DNA of 64,000 nt from Spirochaetota bacterium (GTDB lineage Bacteria; Spirochaetota; UBA4802; UBA5550): positions 5,696-69,695 of the forward strand of contig DAIOFM010000007.1 of the NCBI GenBank assembly GCA_036745755.1, read 5' to 3'. Both the position numbers and the translations under genes were made by a program. Under the pieces are notes generated by a model. That model ran no database searches, had not been told where the DNA came from, and was given only the letters and a program-made list of their open reading frames with translations. How positions within the stretch are numbered: the first letter of the stretch is position 1; the number at the start of each line of letters is the position of its first letter. Shown here one piece after another: positions 1 through 9,545 of the stretch.

Positions 1-2296
1 AGAGGAGAGCTCCAAGCGTGACAATAACGGAATATGTAGGTATGCCTATAAACCTCTGCATGTACTGCATCAGAACAATTTCAACCAGCATATAACCGAA
101 CCCGATCGAGATAAAGAAAAGAGAATGATTAAAAAGCGCCAGCCTGTGTGATGAATATTTCACAATAATTAATAACAGTACCGGTATAAAAATGACAAGA
201 GACAGGAAGCCTACAATTTTAAGAATCCCTGTTACCTCTTTTTTCTCCTTAAAAACATTGAAAGGGAACGGTTTGTTGTCCCGAACCGGGCTTATATCCA
301 TTTTATAACAGTAATCAGTACCATCGAGAATTTTCATGTAGCGGGTCTTATCCTTCTCTGAAATATACCTCTTAAGAATACAACGCCCGTTCTTGTAATT
401 ATATACAGTGCTTACGAAATCAAAACCCTTTTCGATTTTTCTGCGGGGATAAAAGGTATAAAGTGATTTAACAAACTCCCTGTCTTCTGCATTCTCTACA
501 TAGTTCAGGATGTCTTTTTCGAAGTCATCAATCCAGTAATAGTCAGGCAGCTGAACCGGATCCGCCGGGGTATTTCCGGTAATGATATCCCGCAACATGC
601 CGTTTTTAATCATACCCGGGAAAACCAGGATATTCCTTTCAGAAACAATCGGCGAGGGCTCTTTTTCCAGAAGCTTCTGAAGAAATTCCCTGTTTTTTTT
701 CAATTCATAGCCGCTAAAAGGTACCCGTTTAATTATAACCGATCTCACGCCCGGATTGTCATAATTCCAGTAATCCCACCTGTACACTATAATATGCCTT
801 TCCGGGTTTTCAATCCCCAGCTCATGGAGGGCCGTGACTATGGTATTCATAAACTTAAAGAAAGCCCAGTCTGATCTTTTACTCCACGATATCTCCTCAT
901 AAATAAGCAGGCCCCTGTCTGTCAGTTTAAGGAGCATCTCCCGGATACCCTCAACCGTATGCAGGTATTCAGGGGCAAGAGTGCAGACAGCCCCATGCTC
1001 AGCATGATTATTCATATGTGTAATCATGTCATATTTTTCATCTGTAGCCTTCAGGTATGCGCGCCCCTCGGTCCTGTGGATAACTGTGTTCTCATAGGCG
1101 CGTGCCGACTTTTCAAAATAGTAGCCGGACATCATTGTCTTATGGATTATGGGATTGAACTCCACCCCTGTTATTCCGGTTTTACCGGGAAGCCTTTTGA
1201 GGGAATTAACAATTCCGTCAGCGGATGCACCCATTATAAAAGTATTGGCCTTATAAAGATAGTTGGGAAATCTTATATCCAGTGGGGATCCCCTGTCACC
1301 GTAAAAGACCCTGTCGTAAAATGCTCCATTATTTATATAGAGAAAATCTACATCGGTTTTTGTTATGTACTCCACCCTGCCGATCAGGTTGTCCTCTGAA
1401 AAAAGAAAGGTGTAATCTTTCAGCTTTTCTGTATATATTTTGAGGTTCTTTTCAGAAGCCTTCAGGGGCTTATAGTTTATACTGAGGTCCATTACAAAGG
1501 GATAGTAAGCTGTTTTATTTATAACATTTCTCGCCATGATCTCTTTATATGGCTCATCGGTCTTAAGAACCATTTTCCCCGGGATCACTTCAGCAGAATA
1601 GACCTCCTCAAGGATGCTTTTGTCAATGGGACTTGTTATATACGGCATAACCTTGTTATTAAAATCATCCGCCGTTATTTCACGCGGCGGGCTCATATTC
1701 ATATCAAGAAACCATAATATCAGGAAAACCGCAGAGAGTGATAAAAGTATGCCGGTAACTTTTAGCATTATTTTTTTAACAACCGACAACTGAACAATTA
1801 AAAAAATAAGGGGAAGAACTGATAAAATAATAAGTGTATTTTCAGATTTAAAAACTGACACAGCTATAATAGGGTAGACAACACCCGCAGCTGATGCGGT
1901 AAGGTCGACAAAATATATCTTATGGGAATCAGCCCGTGAGAAAACAGACGATACAATAACTGATCCTGAAAAAAACGGTACAATCAGGAGCCAGGGGAAG
2001 GAAAAATTATCAAGCCTTACAATCCCGTAATACGAGAGCCCTATGGAGACAAAAAATATAAGTGATGAAAGTGAAAGCACAAAAATCCGATTAATACGGA
2101 GAAGATAAAAGCTTACAAGCCCCCCGAAAGCAATACCGAACATTGCTATTGATATAATGGTAGTTGCGTGGAGATAATTGGAAACAATCATGAGAAGATG
2201 AAAGAGTATTGCTTCAAGGGAAATAATGCAGAAAGGGAAAATCAGCACCGCGAAAAAATTAACAACTGCCTCCCTTGATACCCGGAAATTCGGCAT
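1..2296 (-). CDS. Polytopic membrane protein with an embedded spermidine-synthase-like (class I methyltransferase fold) domain; C-terminus cut by window edge
   Basis: My own minus-strand translation from ATG 2296 (GGAGG 11 nt upstream) stays open to position 1, so it is missing from the ORF track. It starts MPNFRVSREAVVNFFAVLIFPF with about 7 hydrophobic helices. Then come IMGASADGIV, ITGVEFNPIIHK and EGRAYLKATDEKYDMI, which resemble the VEIDP, DGxxFL and YDVII blocks of SpeE-type enzymes. A new hydrophobic module (GFGYMLVEIVLMQYMQRF) begins at the edge. Confidence 0.5.
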   Translation of the reverse strand, partial: MPNFRVSREAVVNFFAVLIFPFCIISLEAILFHLLMIVSNYLHATTIISIAMFGIAFGGLVSFYLLRINRIFVLSLSSLIFFVSIGLSYYGIVRLDNFSFPWLLIVPFFSGSVIVSSVFSRADSHKIYFVDLTASAAGVVYPIIAVSVFKSENTLIILSVLPLIFLIVQLSVVKKIMLKVTGILLSLSAVFLILWFLDMNMSPPREITADDFNNKVMPYITSPIDKSILEEVYSAEVIPGKMVLKTDEPYKEIMARNVINKTAYYPFVMDLSINYKPLKASEKNLKIYTEKLKDYTFLFSEDNLIGRVEYITKTDVDFLYINNGAFYDRVFYGDRGSPLDIRFPNYLYKANTFIMGASADGIVNSLKRLPGKTGITGVEFNPIIHKTMMSGYYFEKSARAYENTVIHRTEGRAYLKATDEKYDMITHMNNHAEHGAVCTLAPEYLHTVEGIREMLLKLTDRGLLIYEEISWSKRSDWAFFKFMNTIVTALHELGIENPERHIIVYRWDYWNYDNPGVRSVIIKRVPFSGYELKKNREFLQKLLEKEPSPIVSERNILVFPGMIKNGMLRDIITGNTPADPVQLPDYYWIDDFEKDILNYVENAEDREFVKSLYTFYPRRKIEKGFDFVSTVYNYKNGRCILKRYISEKDKTRYMKILDGTDYCYKMDISPVRDNKPFPFNVFKEKKEVTGILKIVGFLSLVIFIPVLLLIIVKYSSHRLALFNHSLFFISIGFGYMLVEIVLMQYMQRFIGIPTYSVIVTLGALL

Positions 2297-2792
2297 ATAT
2301 GTTTAAACCTCCAGCGGGTTAAAATAATTAATTTTGTATATTCTGAAACTTTTGATAAAGAATGTTTTAAGAGAGAAACTTATTTTTATTACCAGAACTG
2401 ATTCCAAAACCGTAATTTGATGTAAGAAATTTTATATCCCGGCTGATGCACACGATTGAGATAATAGAGCATTTCCATGTCAAAAAGTTAAGGGATAATT
2501 ACTGATTTACTATTATTCCTGTTCAGATTTTTCATTATTATTGACATTAATCCCACAGGTTATTTTACTATGTCAGCATCTATCACCGGTATATATTAAA
2601 TCAACTTTTTTTTGCATATCGCTACCGGTTCAGTCAGGTTCCGCGAAATGCCTTAAAACACCGGTTTAGAGCACTTTTTTATCAATGCAGGAGGAGAGAG
2701 CCGATCCTATATCCGCCCCTGTGGCCCCGGATTTTTTCATAACCGGAGAGTGCTCTGATTTACAAATTAAATTAACAGGTGATATAATTAAT

Positions 2793-3860
2793 ATGGATAA
2801 AGAACTGGTTAAAAAACTCGCAGGACTCCTTAAAAACAGAAAACTTGAAAAAGAGTTCCGCATAATGGAAGTGTGCGGAACCCATACCGCGGAATTTTTT
2901 AAAACCGGTGTAAAAGATCTCTTTCCTGAAGGGTTAAGCCTTATAGACGGGCCTGGATGCCCGGTATGCGTTACACCCAACTCTTTCCTGGATCTGGCAA
3001 TAACAATAGCAAAAGATTATGATACTATCATTACAACATTTGGAGACATGATAAAGGTCCCCTCCTCCTACAGCTCTCTCGCTAAAGAAAAAGCTGAAGG
3101 AATGGATGTGAGGATCATATACTCGCCTCTTGATGCGGTCAGGCTTGCAGAGGAGAACCCGGGCAGGGAGGTAATGTTCCTCAGCGTGGGATTTGAAACG
3201 ACCGCCCCCTCTGAAGCTATTGCCATTATGGAGGCTGATAAAAAAGGAATTAAAAATTTTTCCATTCTTTCATGCAATAAGATTACACCGCCTGCTGTTG
3301 AGGCCCTGATTAACGCTGATGAAGTCAGAATTGACGGTTTTATTATACCGGGACATGTAAGTGCCATTATAGGGAGGAAGCCCTGGGAGTTTATTTCTGA
3401 AAGATATGGGAAACCGGGCGTTGTCTCCGGTTTTGAGGCATATGATCTTATAACAGGTGTATTGACACTTCTGGACCTCCTTGAAAGAGGGGAAAATCTT
3501 ATTAAAAACGAATACAGGACCGTTGTAAAAGAAAACGGTAATGAACAGGCGAAAAAGATAATAGACAGCGTATTTGATGTAACGTCTTCTGTCTGGAGGG
3601 GTATAGGCGAGATACCGGAAAGCGGGCTGAGTATCAAAGAGGAATATTCGAGGTATGATGCGGAGAAAAAATTCCCTGCGACACCCCCTCCTGTAAAAGA
3701 ACACGCGGGCTGCAGATGCGGGGATCTGCTCAGGGGAGTCATTACCCCGCCGGAATGTCCTCTTTTTGCGAAAGTATGTACGCCTGAAAATGCCGTGGGC
3801 CCATGCATGGTTTCATCCGAAGGACCATGTTCCGCCTACTATAAATACTGGAGAAAATAA
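2793..3860 (+). CDS. hypD: [NiFe]-hydrogenase maturation factor HypD
   Basis: Motifs RIMEVCGTHT and GPGCPVCV, plus the C-terminal Cys cluster CRCGDLLRG..PECPLF..C..GPCMVSSEGPCSAYY, are typical of HypD. The ORF-track start at 2685 is probably too early. ATG 2793 (MDKELVKK, aggtga upstream) gives a normal HypD length. Confidence 0.85.
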   Translation: MDKELVKKLAGLLKNRKLEKEFRIMEVCGTHTAEFFKTGVKDLFPEGLSLIDGPGCPVCVTPNSFLDLAITIAKDYDTIITTFGDMIKVPSSYSSLAKEKAEGMDVRIIYSPLDAVRLAEENPGREVMFLSVGFETTAPSEAIAIMEADKKGIKNFSILSCNKITPPAVEALINADEVRIDGFIIPGHVSAIIGRKPWEFISERYGKPGVVSGFEAYDLITGVLTLLDLLERGENLIKNEYRTVVKENGNEQAKKIIDSVFDVTSSVWRGIGEIPESGLSIKEEYSRYDAEKKFPATPPPVKEHAGCRCGDLLRGVITPPECPLFAKVCTPENAVGPCMVSSEGPCSAYYKYWRK

Positions 3861-3862
3861 CG

Positions 3863-4861
3863 ATGAAGAAAATACTGCCGGGCCATGGAAGTGGCGGTAA
3901 ACTTATGAACGATATGATTTCAGGCCTTATAAAAGAGGTGCTGGGAAAAGATTCCATACAGATTGATGATTCAGCCGTACTTGAACTCGATGCCGCAAGG
4001 ATTGCCTTTACAACAGATTCATATACTGTAACTCCGATATTCTTCCCCGGTGGAGATATCGGCAGGCTTGCGGTTAACGGAACTGTTAATGACCTTGCAG
4101 TAATGGGAGCTGTGCCCCAGTATCTTTCATGCGCACTTATTCTTGAGGAGGGTTTCGAATTTGATGAATTTGAAAAAATACTCAGATCAATGAAAGATGC
4201 AGCTGATTCCGCCGGAGTAAAAATTGTAACAGGAGACACAAAAGTTGTTCCTAATGGAAAAGGTGACCGGATTTATATAAACACATCGGGAATCGGAGTT
4301 TTCAAAAACCGGATTCAGCGTGGCAAATTACAGGAAGGAGACAAAATTATACTCAGCGGCACGGCAGGAGACCATGGCATTACCATAATGTCACTTAGAA
4401 ATAATCTTAACTTTTCAAGCGCGTTAAAATCCGACTGTGCGCCGTTAAATGGCATGATTGACAATGTTACAGGGAAATTCCCGGAGAGCATTAAATTCAT
4501 AAGGGACGCCACAAGAGGCGGGGTCGCTTCTGTCCTGAATGAAATAACCTCAGAAGAGGACTTTTCCGTAAAGCTCATTGAGGACCAGATACCTGTATCA
4601 GAAGAGGTAAAAGGCATATGCGCCATTCTCGGCCTTGATCCGCTCTATGTGGCAAACGAAGGAAAAATCATTATTATATCCGAACCTGATGCGGCTGAAG
4701 GGATAGTTGCTGAACTTAAAAAATCCGAATACGGCAGGGATGCGGCTGTAATAGGTGAAATTGATTCTGTATACCCCGGCAAGGTATACGTTGAAACTTA
4801 TATAGGGGGAAAGAGGCTCTTACCGCTTCTCGTTGAGGAGCAGCTCCCCAGAATTTGTTAG
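3863..4861 (+). CDS. hypE: [NiFe]-hydrogenase maturation factor HypE
   Basis: PurM/AIR-synthase-like sequence (HGSGG near the N-terminus) ending in QLPRIC, the HypE C-terminal PR(I/V)C motif. Starts 3 nt after the hypD stop. Confidence 0.85.
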   Translation: MKKILPGHGSGGKLMNDMISGLIKEVLGKDSIQIDDSAVLELDAARIAFTTDSYTVTPIFFPGGDIGRLAVNGTVNDLAVMGAVPQYLSCALILEEGFEFDEFEKILRSMKDAADSAGVKIVTGDTKVVPNGKGDRIYINTSGIGVFKNRIQRGKLQEGDKIILSGTAGDHGITIMSLRNNLNFSSALKSDCAPLNGMIDNVTGKFPESIKFIRDATRGGVASVLNEITSEEDFSVKLIEDQIPVSEEVKGICAILGLDPLYVANEGKIIIISEPDAAEGIVAELKKSEYGRDAAVIGEIDSVYPGKVYVETYIGGKRLLPLLVEEQLPRIC

Positions 4862-4953
4862 AAAAAACAGAGCATATTCTGATTGACTTTTTAACCGGAG
4901 GGAACCGTTATCCCTCACAGGGAATTTAAAAAACCGGATAAAGGAGAACTGCC

Positions 4954-5202
4954 ATGTGTCTTGCGATACCTATGACAATAACAAGATTCGAAGGGAATCA
5001 TGCCATAGCCAGTGCTAACGGTGTTGAGACCGCTGTAAATTACATGATGATGCCTGATCTGAAAAAAAATGACAAGGTGCTTGTACATGCCGGTTTTGTT
5101 ATTGAAAAACTTGACGAGGAACAGGCAAGAGAAATCGAGGAAACATGGAAGGAGTATTACGCGGCCATGGAAGAAGAGGAGAATAAAAGCTCCGCGATAT
5201 AA
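4954..5202 (+). CDS. hypC: Hydrogenase assembly chaperone HypC/HupF
   Basis: 82 aa, with the N-terminal MCLAIP signature (essential Cys2) of the HypC family. AGGAG lies upstream. Confidence 0.8.
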   Translation: MCLAIPMTITRFEGNHAIASANGVETAVNYMMMPDLKKNDKVLVHAGFVIEKLDEEQAREIEETWKEYYAAMEEEENKSSAI

Positions 5203-5204
5203 AA

Positions 5205-7514
5205 TTATATGGCAATGACCTTTGAAATTGTGTCTCTAAGTTCATCAAAATTATACGGTTTTTTAAGGATCGCAGTAAATCCGTAATCGGCAAAGTTTGA
5301 CATTACCGGGTCATGGGAATATCCGCTTGAAACAATACCTTTAAGGTCCGGGTCGATTTTTTTCATCTGTTTAAATGCTTCAAGTCCGCCCGAGCCTCCC
5401 CTGATCGTAAGATCGAGAATAGCAAACCTTAACCTCCCGTCTTTAGTATACTCATCCTTGAACAGCCTTACGGCCTCTTCACCTGTAGCGGCTGAAATTA
5501 CTTCAAAACCGAAAGCCCCGAGCAGCTCCTCCCCCACCATGCGGATCATATCGTCATCATCAAGCAAAAGAACCTTTCCGCTGCAGCTTAGATTTTCAAT
5601 ACAGACACTTTTTTTGTTTACGGCACGGGTCCCGGAGAAAGGGATGACAAAACTGAAAACAGCTCCCGTCTCAGAGTTGTATGCCCTGATCCCTCCTCCA
5701 TGCTTTTTCAGAACAGAATATGCGACAGAAAGCCCGAGGCCAGAACCGTTTGTTTTCGTTGTTACAAAGGGATCAAAAATTCTGACAATAATACTTTCAT
5801 CGATACCGGGCCCTTCATCCTCTATTTTAACTTCAACATACTCACCTTGCGGCAGGGCGTAAATATTTTCATCAGAAAGAGCGGTTTTTTCAGCATTAAT
5901 TTTAATATTTCCGCCATCGGGCATTGCCTGCCGCGCGTTTATTAAAATATTACTTATCACCTGTGAAATCTGGGTCTCATCCGCTTCAACAAAATCAAGA
6001 TCGTCGCCGAAACTCTTTTGGCATGTAACCCTGGTACCGCTCAGCACAAAATCGGCTGAAAGATTCAGTATATCCTTTATTGAAACACTCTTTTTAACAG
6101 GTTCTCCTCCCCTGGAAAATGTAAGAAGCTGTTCGGCAAGGCCCCTTGCCTTAAGAGCTGTTGCTTCAGCGTCATCAAGATACTTTGCTGAACCGACATC
6201 CGGGGAGGAAAGATTTCTTTTCGCAAGCGCTATGCATCCGAGCATTCCAGTAAAAAAATTGTTTATATCATGCGCTATCCCGCCGGCAAAAATTCCGAGA
6301 GACTCCAGCTTCGAAGAACTTATAATATGTTCCTTCATCTTTTTAAGCTCTGTTATATCATCAATAACAAAAACGTATCCGTAAACAGAGCCCCCGCCAA
6401 TCCGGAGCGGAGCAGCTCTCAGGGTCAGATCCATTGTCCCTTCAGAAGTTTCTGAAATAACTGAATTATAAAAATCGTAATTAAGATTTCCATTAAGGAA
6501 ATCCCTGTCCGCAAGATTAATTTTTTTGTTTTCTGATTGTCTGATTTCCAGTATATCCGTTAAATTCCTGCCTTTTGCCTCCTCTCGGGTAAGACCAAGT
6601 ATTGAAGCGGCGGTGTCATTAATCAGGCTGACATTGAATTTTGTATCAACTTCTATAATCCCCTGTGCAATACTCCTGATAGTGGCTGAAAGCATCTCTG
6701 TCTGCATCTTAAGACTGCTGTTTATCTCCATAATCTCAGACTGAGCCGCAGCCATCTCCTCATTCATCTGCTCAATCTCTTCATATTGAGCTTCAAGCTC
6801 CTCATACTGGCTCTGAATTTCCTCTGCTTTCCTTGCCTCCTCCTCTGCCTGAAACTGGATAACATCGGCCTGTTTTTTAGTAAGCCGGTCAAACTGTCTG
6901 ATTTCGGGGATGTTCCTGTATGAAAGATATGAAACAATACACATCATTAGAATAGAATATATTTCACGGGAACTTAAAATACCGTAATTAACCCTGCCGT
7001 CTGTATATGTATCAAAGGGCATAGGCACGCCGTTATACCAGGCTATTATATAGAATAATATGACATTTAATATAACGCCTACAATCATTATAAGGTAAAG
7101 ACGCTTATTGTAAAGAAACTGAAAAGCGACAAGATTTGCCATAAGAAGCCAGTTGATATGGTTTGATTGCGCGGCATAAAACCAGTTAATGGTTATCCCA
7201 TAATTAAGCCTGGCAATTATCGGGATAAGAAACATGATAAGAGCCACAACAAGAGCATAGTATTTTATGTCAGCCCTTCTCTTTTTTCTTCTGTACAGCC
7301 TGTATGCCAGAAAAACAGCCAGTGTATATAAAAAGACAGTGGGGAGGAGGACTTTAAGAGTATGGCCGGCAATGAACTGGAATATAAGCCCGATCGCGGA
7401 TGTAGTGGCCGTAACTCCAATAAAAATCCTCGCACCGCGGATCTCCAGGATTTCCATGGATGTATAGTCACTTACAGTGGAAGGTTTTCCGGTAATTATT
7501 CTCTTTATATCCAT
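5205..7514 (-). CDS. Hybrid sensor histidine kinase/response regulator with polytopic N-terminal sensor, coiled coil and PAS domain
   Basis: The N-terminal ~200 aa are hydrophobic helices, followed by an acidic coiled coil (QFQAEEEARKAEEIQSQYEELEAQYEE) and a PAS-like segment. H-box GGIAHDINNFFTGMLG, HATPase blocks (NARQAMPDGG, DEGPGI, GSGLGLS) and a C-terminal REC domain (LLLDDDD..DLTIRGG..KKPY) follow. Confidence 0.85.
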   Translation of the reverse strand: MDIKRIITGKPSTVSDYTSMEILEIRGARIFIGVTATTSAIGLIFQFIAGHTLKVLLPTVFLYTLAVFLAYRLYRRKKRRADIKYYALVVALIMFLIPIIARLNYGITINWFYAAQSNHINWLLMANLVAFQFLYNKRLYLIMIVGVILNVILFYIIAWYNGVPMPFDTYTDGRVNYGILSSREIYSILMMCIVSYLSYRNIPEIRQFDRLTKKQADVIQFQAEEEARKAEEIQSQYEELEAQYEEIEQMNEEMAAAQSEIMEINSSLKMQTEMLSATIRSIAQGIIEVDTKFNVSLINDTAASILGLTREEAKGRNLTDILEIRQSENKKINLADRDFLNGNLNYDFYNSVISETSEGTMDLTLRAAPLRIGGGSVYGYVFVIDDITELKKMKEHIISSSKLESLGIFAGGIAHDINNFFTGMLGCIALAKRNLSSPDVGSAKYLDDAEATALKARGLAEQLLTFSRGGEPVKKSVSIKDILNLSADFVLSGTRVTCQKSFGDDLDFVEADETQISQVISNILINARQAMPDGGNIKINAEKTALSDENIYALPQGEYVEVKIEDEGPGIDESIIVRIFDPFVTTKTNGSGLGLSVAYSVLKKHGGGIRAYNSETGAVFSFVIPFSGTRAVNKKSVCIENLSCSGKVLLLDDDDMIRMVGEELLGAFGFEVISAATGEEAVRLFKDEYTKDGRLRFAILDLTIRGGSGGLEAFKQMKKIDPDLKGIVSSGYSHDPVMSNFADYGFTAILKKPYNFDELRDTISKVIAI

Positions 7515-7703
7515 TATATCTGTTAATATTATTTTCGGTAAAATTAAGATGATACAACATCAATAATTAATGCCGGATTTAACTCCCTGCATATTTCATT
7601 ACAGGATACAGAAATTATATATTAACATAGTTTGAAGATCTGTAAATGATTTACTGATTTTTAAAACTAAGAAACGGACAGGCGCTATTAAAGATAGTGC
7701 CGG

Positions 7704-8513
7704 CTATCCTTTTTTTATTGAATCAATATCCCTTTCAACCCTGGCGAGCCTGACAGTAAGTTTTTCAAGTGATTTTTCAAGTCTGTCCCTTTCCGCTTCG
7801 AGGAAAGAAAGCCTGCTGTCAAAATTCTCCTTCCGGCTCATCTCTGCTTTGACCATATCGGGACTAAAAAAATTCTCCATAAAAGCCATTTCCACCCCTG
7901 TACGGGCATCCTCATCCTTAATCTTTGCCACGGTCTTCATGTTTTCATAACCGATTTCAGGCTTAATATCAAGGGTAAAAGTCTTCATTATTGTTTTGGC
8001 CTCACTCCTGTGAAGTCTCAAAACCCTGTCTACATAGTCTTCAAAACTGGCGTGATGTCGCCTGCAGAGTTCCTGCGCTTCAACCAGCAGGCTGCCGAAC
8101 TCCTTCATCAGTTCCCCGTTCCTGGAAAGGTAATCCTTTTTTAATCTTTCAGTAAGTTCCCTGAATTCCGGGATGGTTTCAAATACGTTTACGTAAATCC
8201 CCTTCTCCTCTGCAGTGAAAAGAAGACTGTGAAATATACTCCAGAAATCAACCGTATGTGCCCTTGATGATACCGGGGCGTCCGCCCTGCAGAACTGAAT
8301 ATGATGGGCGTATTCATGGATTGCCGTATATATAAGCTGATTACTCTCAGTAAAATTTCCGTTATGTATCAGGATCTCTTTTCTCTCAGGATAGTAAAGC
8401 CCGTCGGCTTTTTTGTTCATCCTCCCGGAAAAAACAACAGAAAAGTCCTCTGCAGGTTCCTCAATTTCAATTAGCCTGGTTTTTACGTGGTCCTCGTTCA
8501 TCTTCCATCCCAT
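7704..8513 (-). CDS. HExxH zinc metallohydrolase (SprT / DUF45-YgjP-like) with C-terminal coiled coil
   Basis: Contains TAIHEYAHHIQF...RAHTVDFWSIF, which fits the HExxH...H..FW arrangement of SprT/WLM/DUF45-type hydrolases. The C-terminal ~60 aa are heptad-like (LEAERDRLEKSLEKLTVRLARVERDIDS). The 5' end overlaps the upstream CheB-like gene by 35-47 nt, depending on which Met is used. Confidence 0.5.
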   Translation of the reverse strand: MGWKMNEDHVKTRLIEIEEPAEDFSVVFSGRMNKKADGLYYPERKEILIHNGNFTESNQLIYTAIHEYAHHIQFCRADAPVSSRAHTVDFWSIFHSLLFTAEEKGIYVNVFETIPEFRELTERLKKDYLSRNGELMKEFGSLLVEAQELCRRHHASFEDYVDRVLRLHRSEAKTIMKTFTLDIKPEIGYENMKTVAKIKDEDARTGVEMAFMENFFSPDMVKAEMSRKENFDSRLSFLEAERDRLEKSLEKLTVRLARVERDIDSIKKG

Positions 8514-9072
8514 TAAGGTATTCTACCATCTCGTCAGGGGAGAAAACAAATTCAGCTGCTCCCCTGTCTATGGCCTCTCTGTTCATTCCGAAAACTACTG
8601 ATGTATCCTTATCCTGTGCAATTGTAACAAACCCTTTCCCGCGCAATTCAAGCATCGAGTTCACACCGTCATCACACATACCTGTGAGAATAATCACAAT
8701 TATCTGTGATCTTTCATGCGCTGAAGCTGATGCGAAAAGTACATCAATTGACGGCCTGAACCTGTTAACCGGCGGGTCTTCAGTAATTCTGATTCTGTAC
8801 GGCTTTTTGTTCTCCAGTACCATGTGCCTGTTCCCCGGGGCAATATAAACCTTTCCGGGCATAACCTCTTCCGAATCGCTCCCTTCAGAAACGGAAAAAT
8901 CCGTATGTATATTAAGCCTCTCCGCCCACATCCCTGTATATCCTTCAGGCATATGCTGGGCGATTAAAACAGCGTAACGGTCCCTGTTCAGGGTTTTCAG
9001 AATCCCTTCTATTACAGGCAGTCCCCCTGTAGAGGAACCGATCATTACTATTTTAAAATCATCGTCTGTCAT
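8467..9072 (-). CDS. Stand-alone CheB-type methylesterase/deamidase catalytic domain (no receiver domain)
   Basis: 201 aa that begins directly with the catalytic domain. All three CheB triad blocks are present: IGSSTGG (Ser), AQHMPEGYT (His) and LTGMCDDG (Asp). The start codon overlaps the stop of the upstream ORF (9069-9072). Confidence 0.8.
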   Translation of the reverse strand: MTDDDFKIVMIGSSTGGLPVIEGILKTLNRDRYAVLIAQHMPEGYTGMWAERLNIHTDFSVSEGSDSEEVMPGKVYIAPGNRHMVLENKKPYRIRITEDPPVNRFRPSIDVLFASASAHERSQIIVIILTGMCDDGVNSMLELRGKGFVTIAQDKDTSVVFGMNREAIDRGAAEFVFSPDEMVEYLNGMEDERGPRKNQAN

Positions 9073-9545
9073 TGAACAGGTATATTCATCAGTGAAGAAT
9101 GGATAGCGTCAGCCATTACAGTATTCCCCTTCTCACCGTTAATAATCTCGAAAGTGACAAACATAATGTCATACTGCCAGTACGACTGCATCTTTCTGGC
9201 TGAAAGGCTGTCAACAATATTGTACATCTTTTCCCTGTTTTTCCCTTCAAACATCCCGCTGTGAAGGAGGAACCGATCAAGAGCGGCCTTTCTCTCCTCC
9301 CCCTGCTTGAAGTACGAAAAATTCCATGCAACAGCAGCAAAGTAAATCATGGTCTTGAACTGAAAAAAATTGTCCTTATCAAGATTGGCAATAAGAGGAG
9401 ACGCAAAATCGAGAAGCAGATTCGACACCCTCCTCCCCTGGTATTCTTCAAAAACAGCCTCATCAGGAAAAACATCCCTGGGAAGCAGTTCGAACTTTAC
9501 CCTCTCCAGGTCCCTTCTTCTTTTTCTGAAATTACTCTTTGTCAT
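9069..9545 (-). CDS. Hypothetical protein (158 aa), first gene of the CheB-domain operon
   Basis: Long ORF with a basic N-terminus (KRRRDLER) and no motif I recognise. It is translationally coupled (4-nt overlap) to the CheB-domain gene. Confidence 0.5.
   Translation of the reverse strand: MTKSNFRKRRRDLERVKFELLPRDVFPDEAVFEEYQGRRVSNLLLDFASPLIANLDKDNFFQFKTMIYFAAVAWNFSYFKQGEERKAALDRFLLHSGMFEGKNREKMYNIVDSLSARKMQSYWQYDIMFVTFEIINGEKGNTVMADAIHSSLMNIPVQ

Noticed and set aside
959-1399. 146-aa plus-strand ORF from the track
   Set aside because: It lies entirely antisense to the long, motif-bearing minus-strand ORF (1-2296). It has a Cys/His/Gly-rich junk-like composition and no RBS.
2499-2508. Exact 10-mer TTACTGATTT in three intergenic regions (2499, 7651, 16388), with related TTACTGAT at 24918 and 57822, all on the plus strand
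   Set aside because: It looked like a shared operator. A rough expectation calculation for 64 kb of AT-biased sequence gives on the order of a hundred triply repeated 10-mers by chance. The positions relative to gene starts are inconsistent, and no dyad symmetry is present.
2685-2792. 5' extension of the hypD ORF (MQEERADPISAPV...)
   Set aside because: HypD homologues, as I remember them, start about 25 aa before the EVCGTHT motif. ATG 2793 has a better RBS, and the extension has no HypD-like sequence.
3068-4239. Several 144-246-aa minus-strand ORFs antisense to hypD/hypE
   Set aside because: They overlap genes with unmistakable HypD and HypE motifs on the other strand. These are typical shadow ORFs with Ser/Pro/Phe-rich composition.
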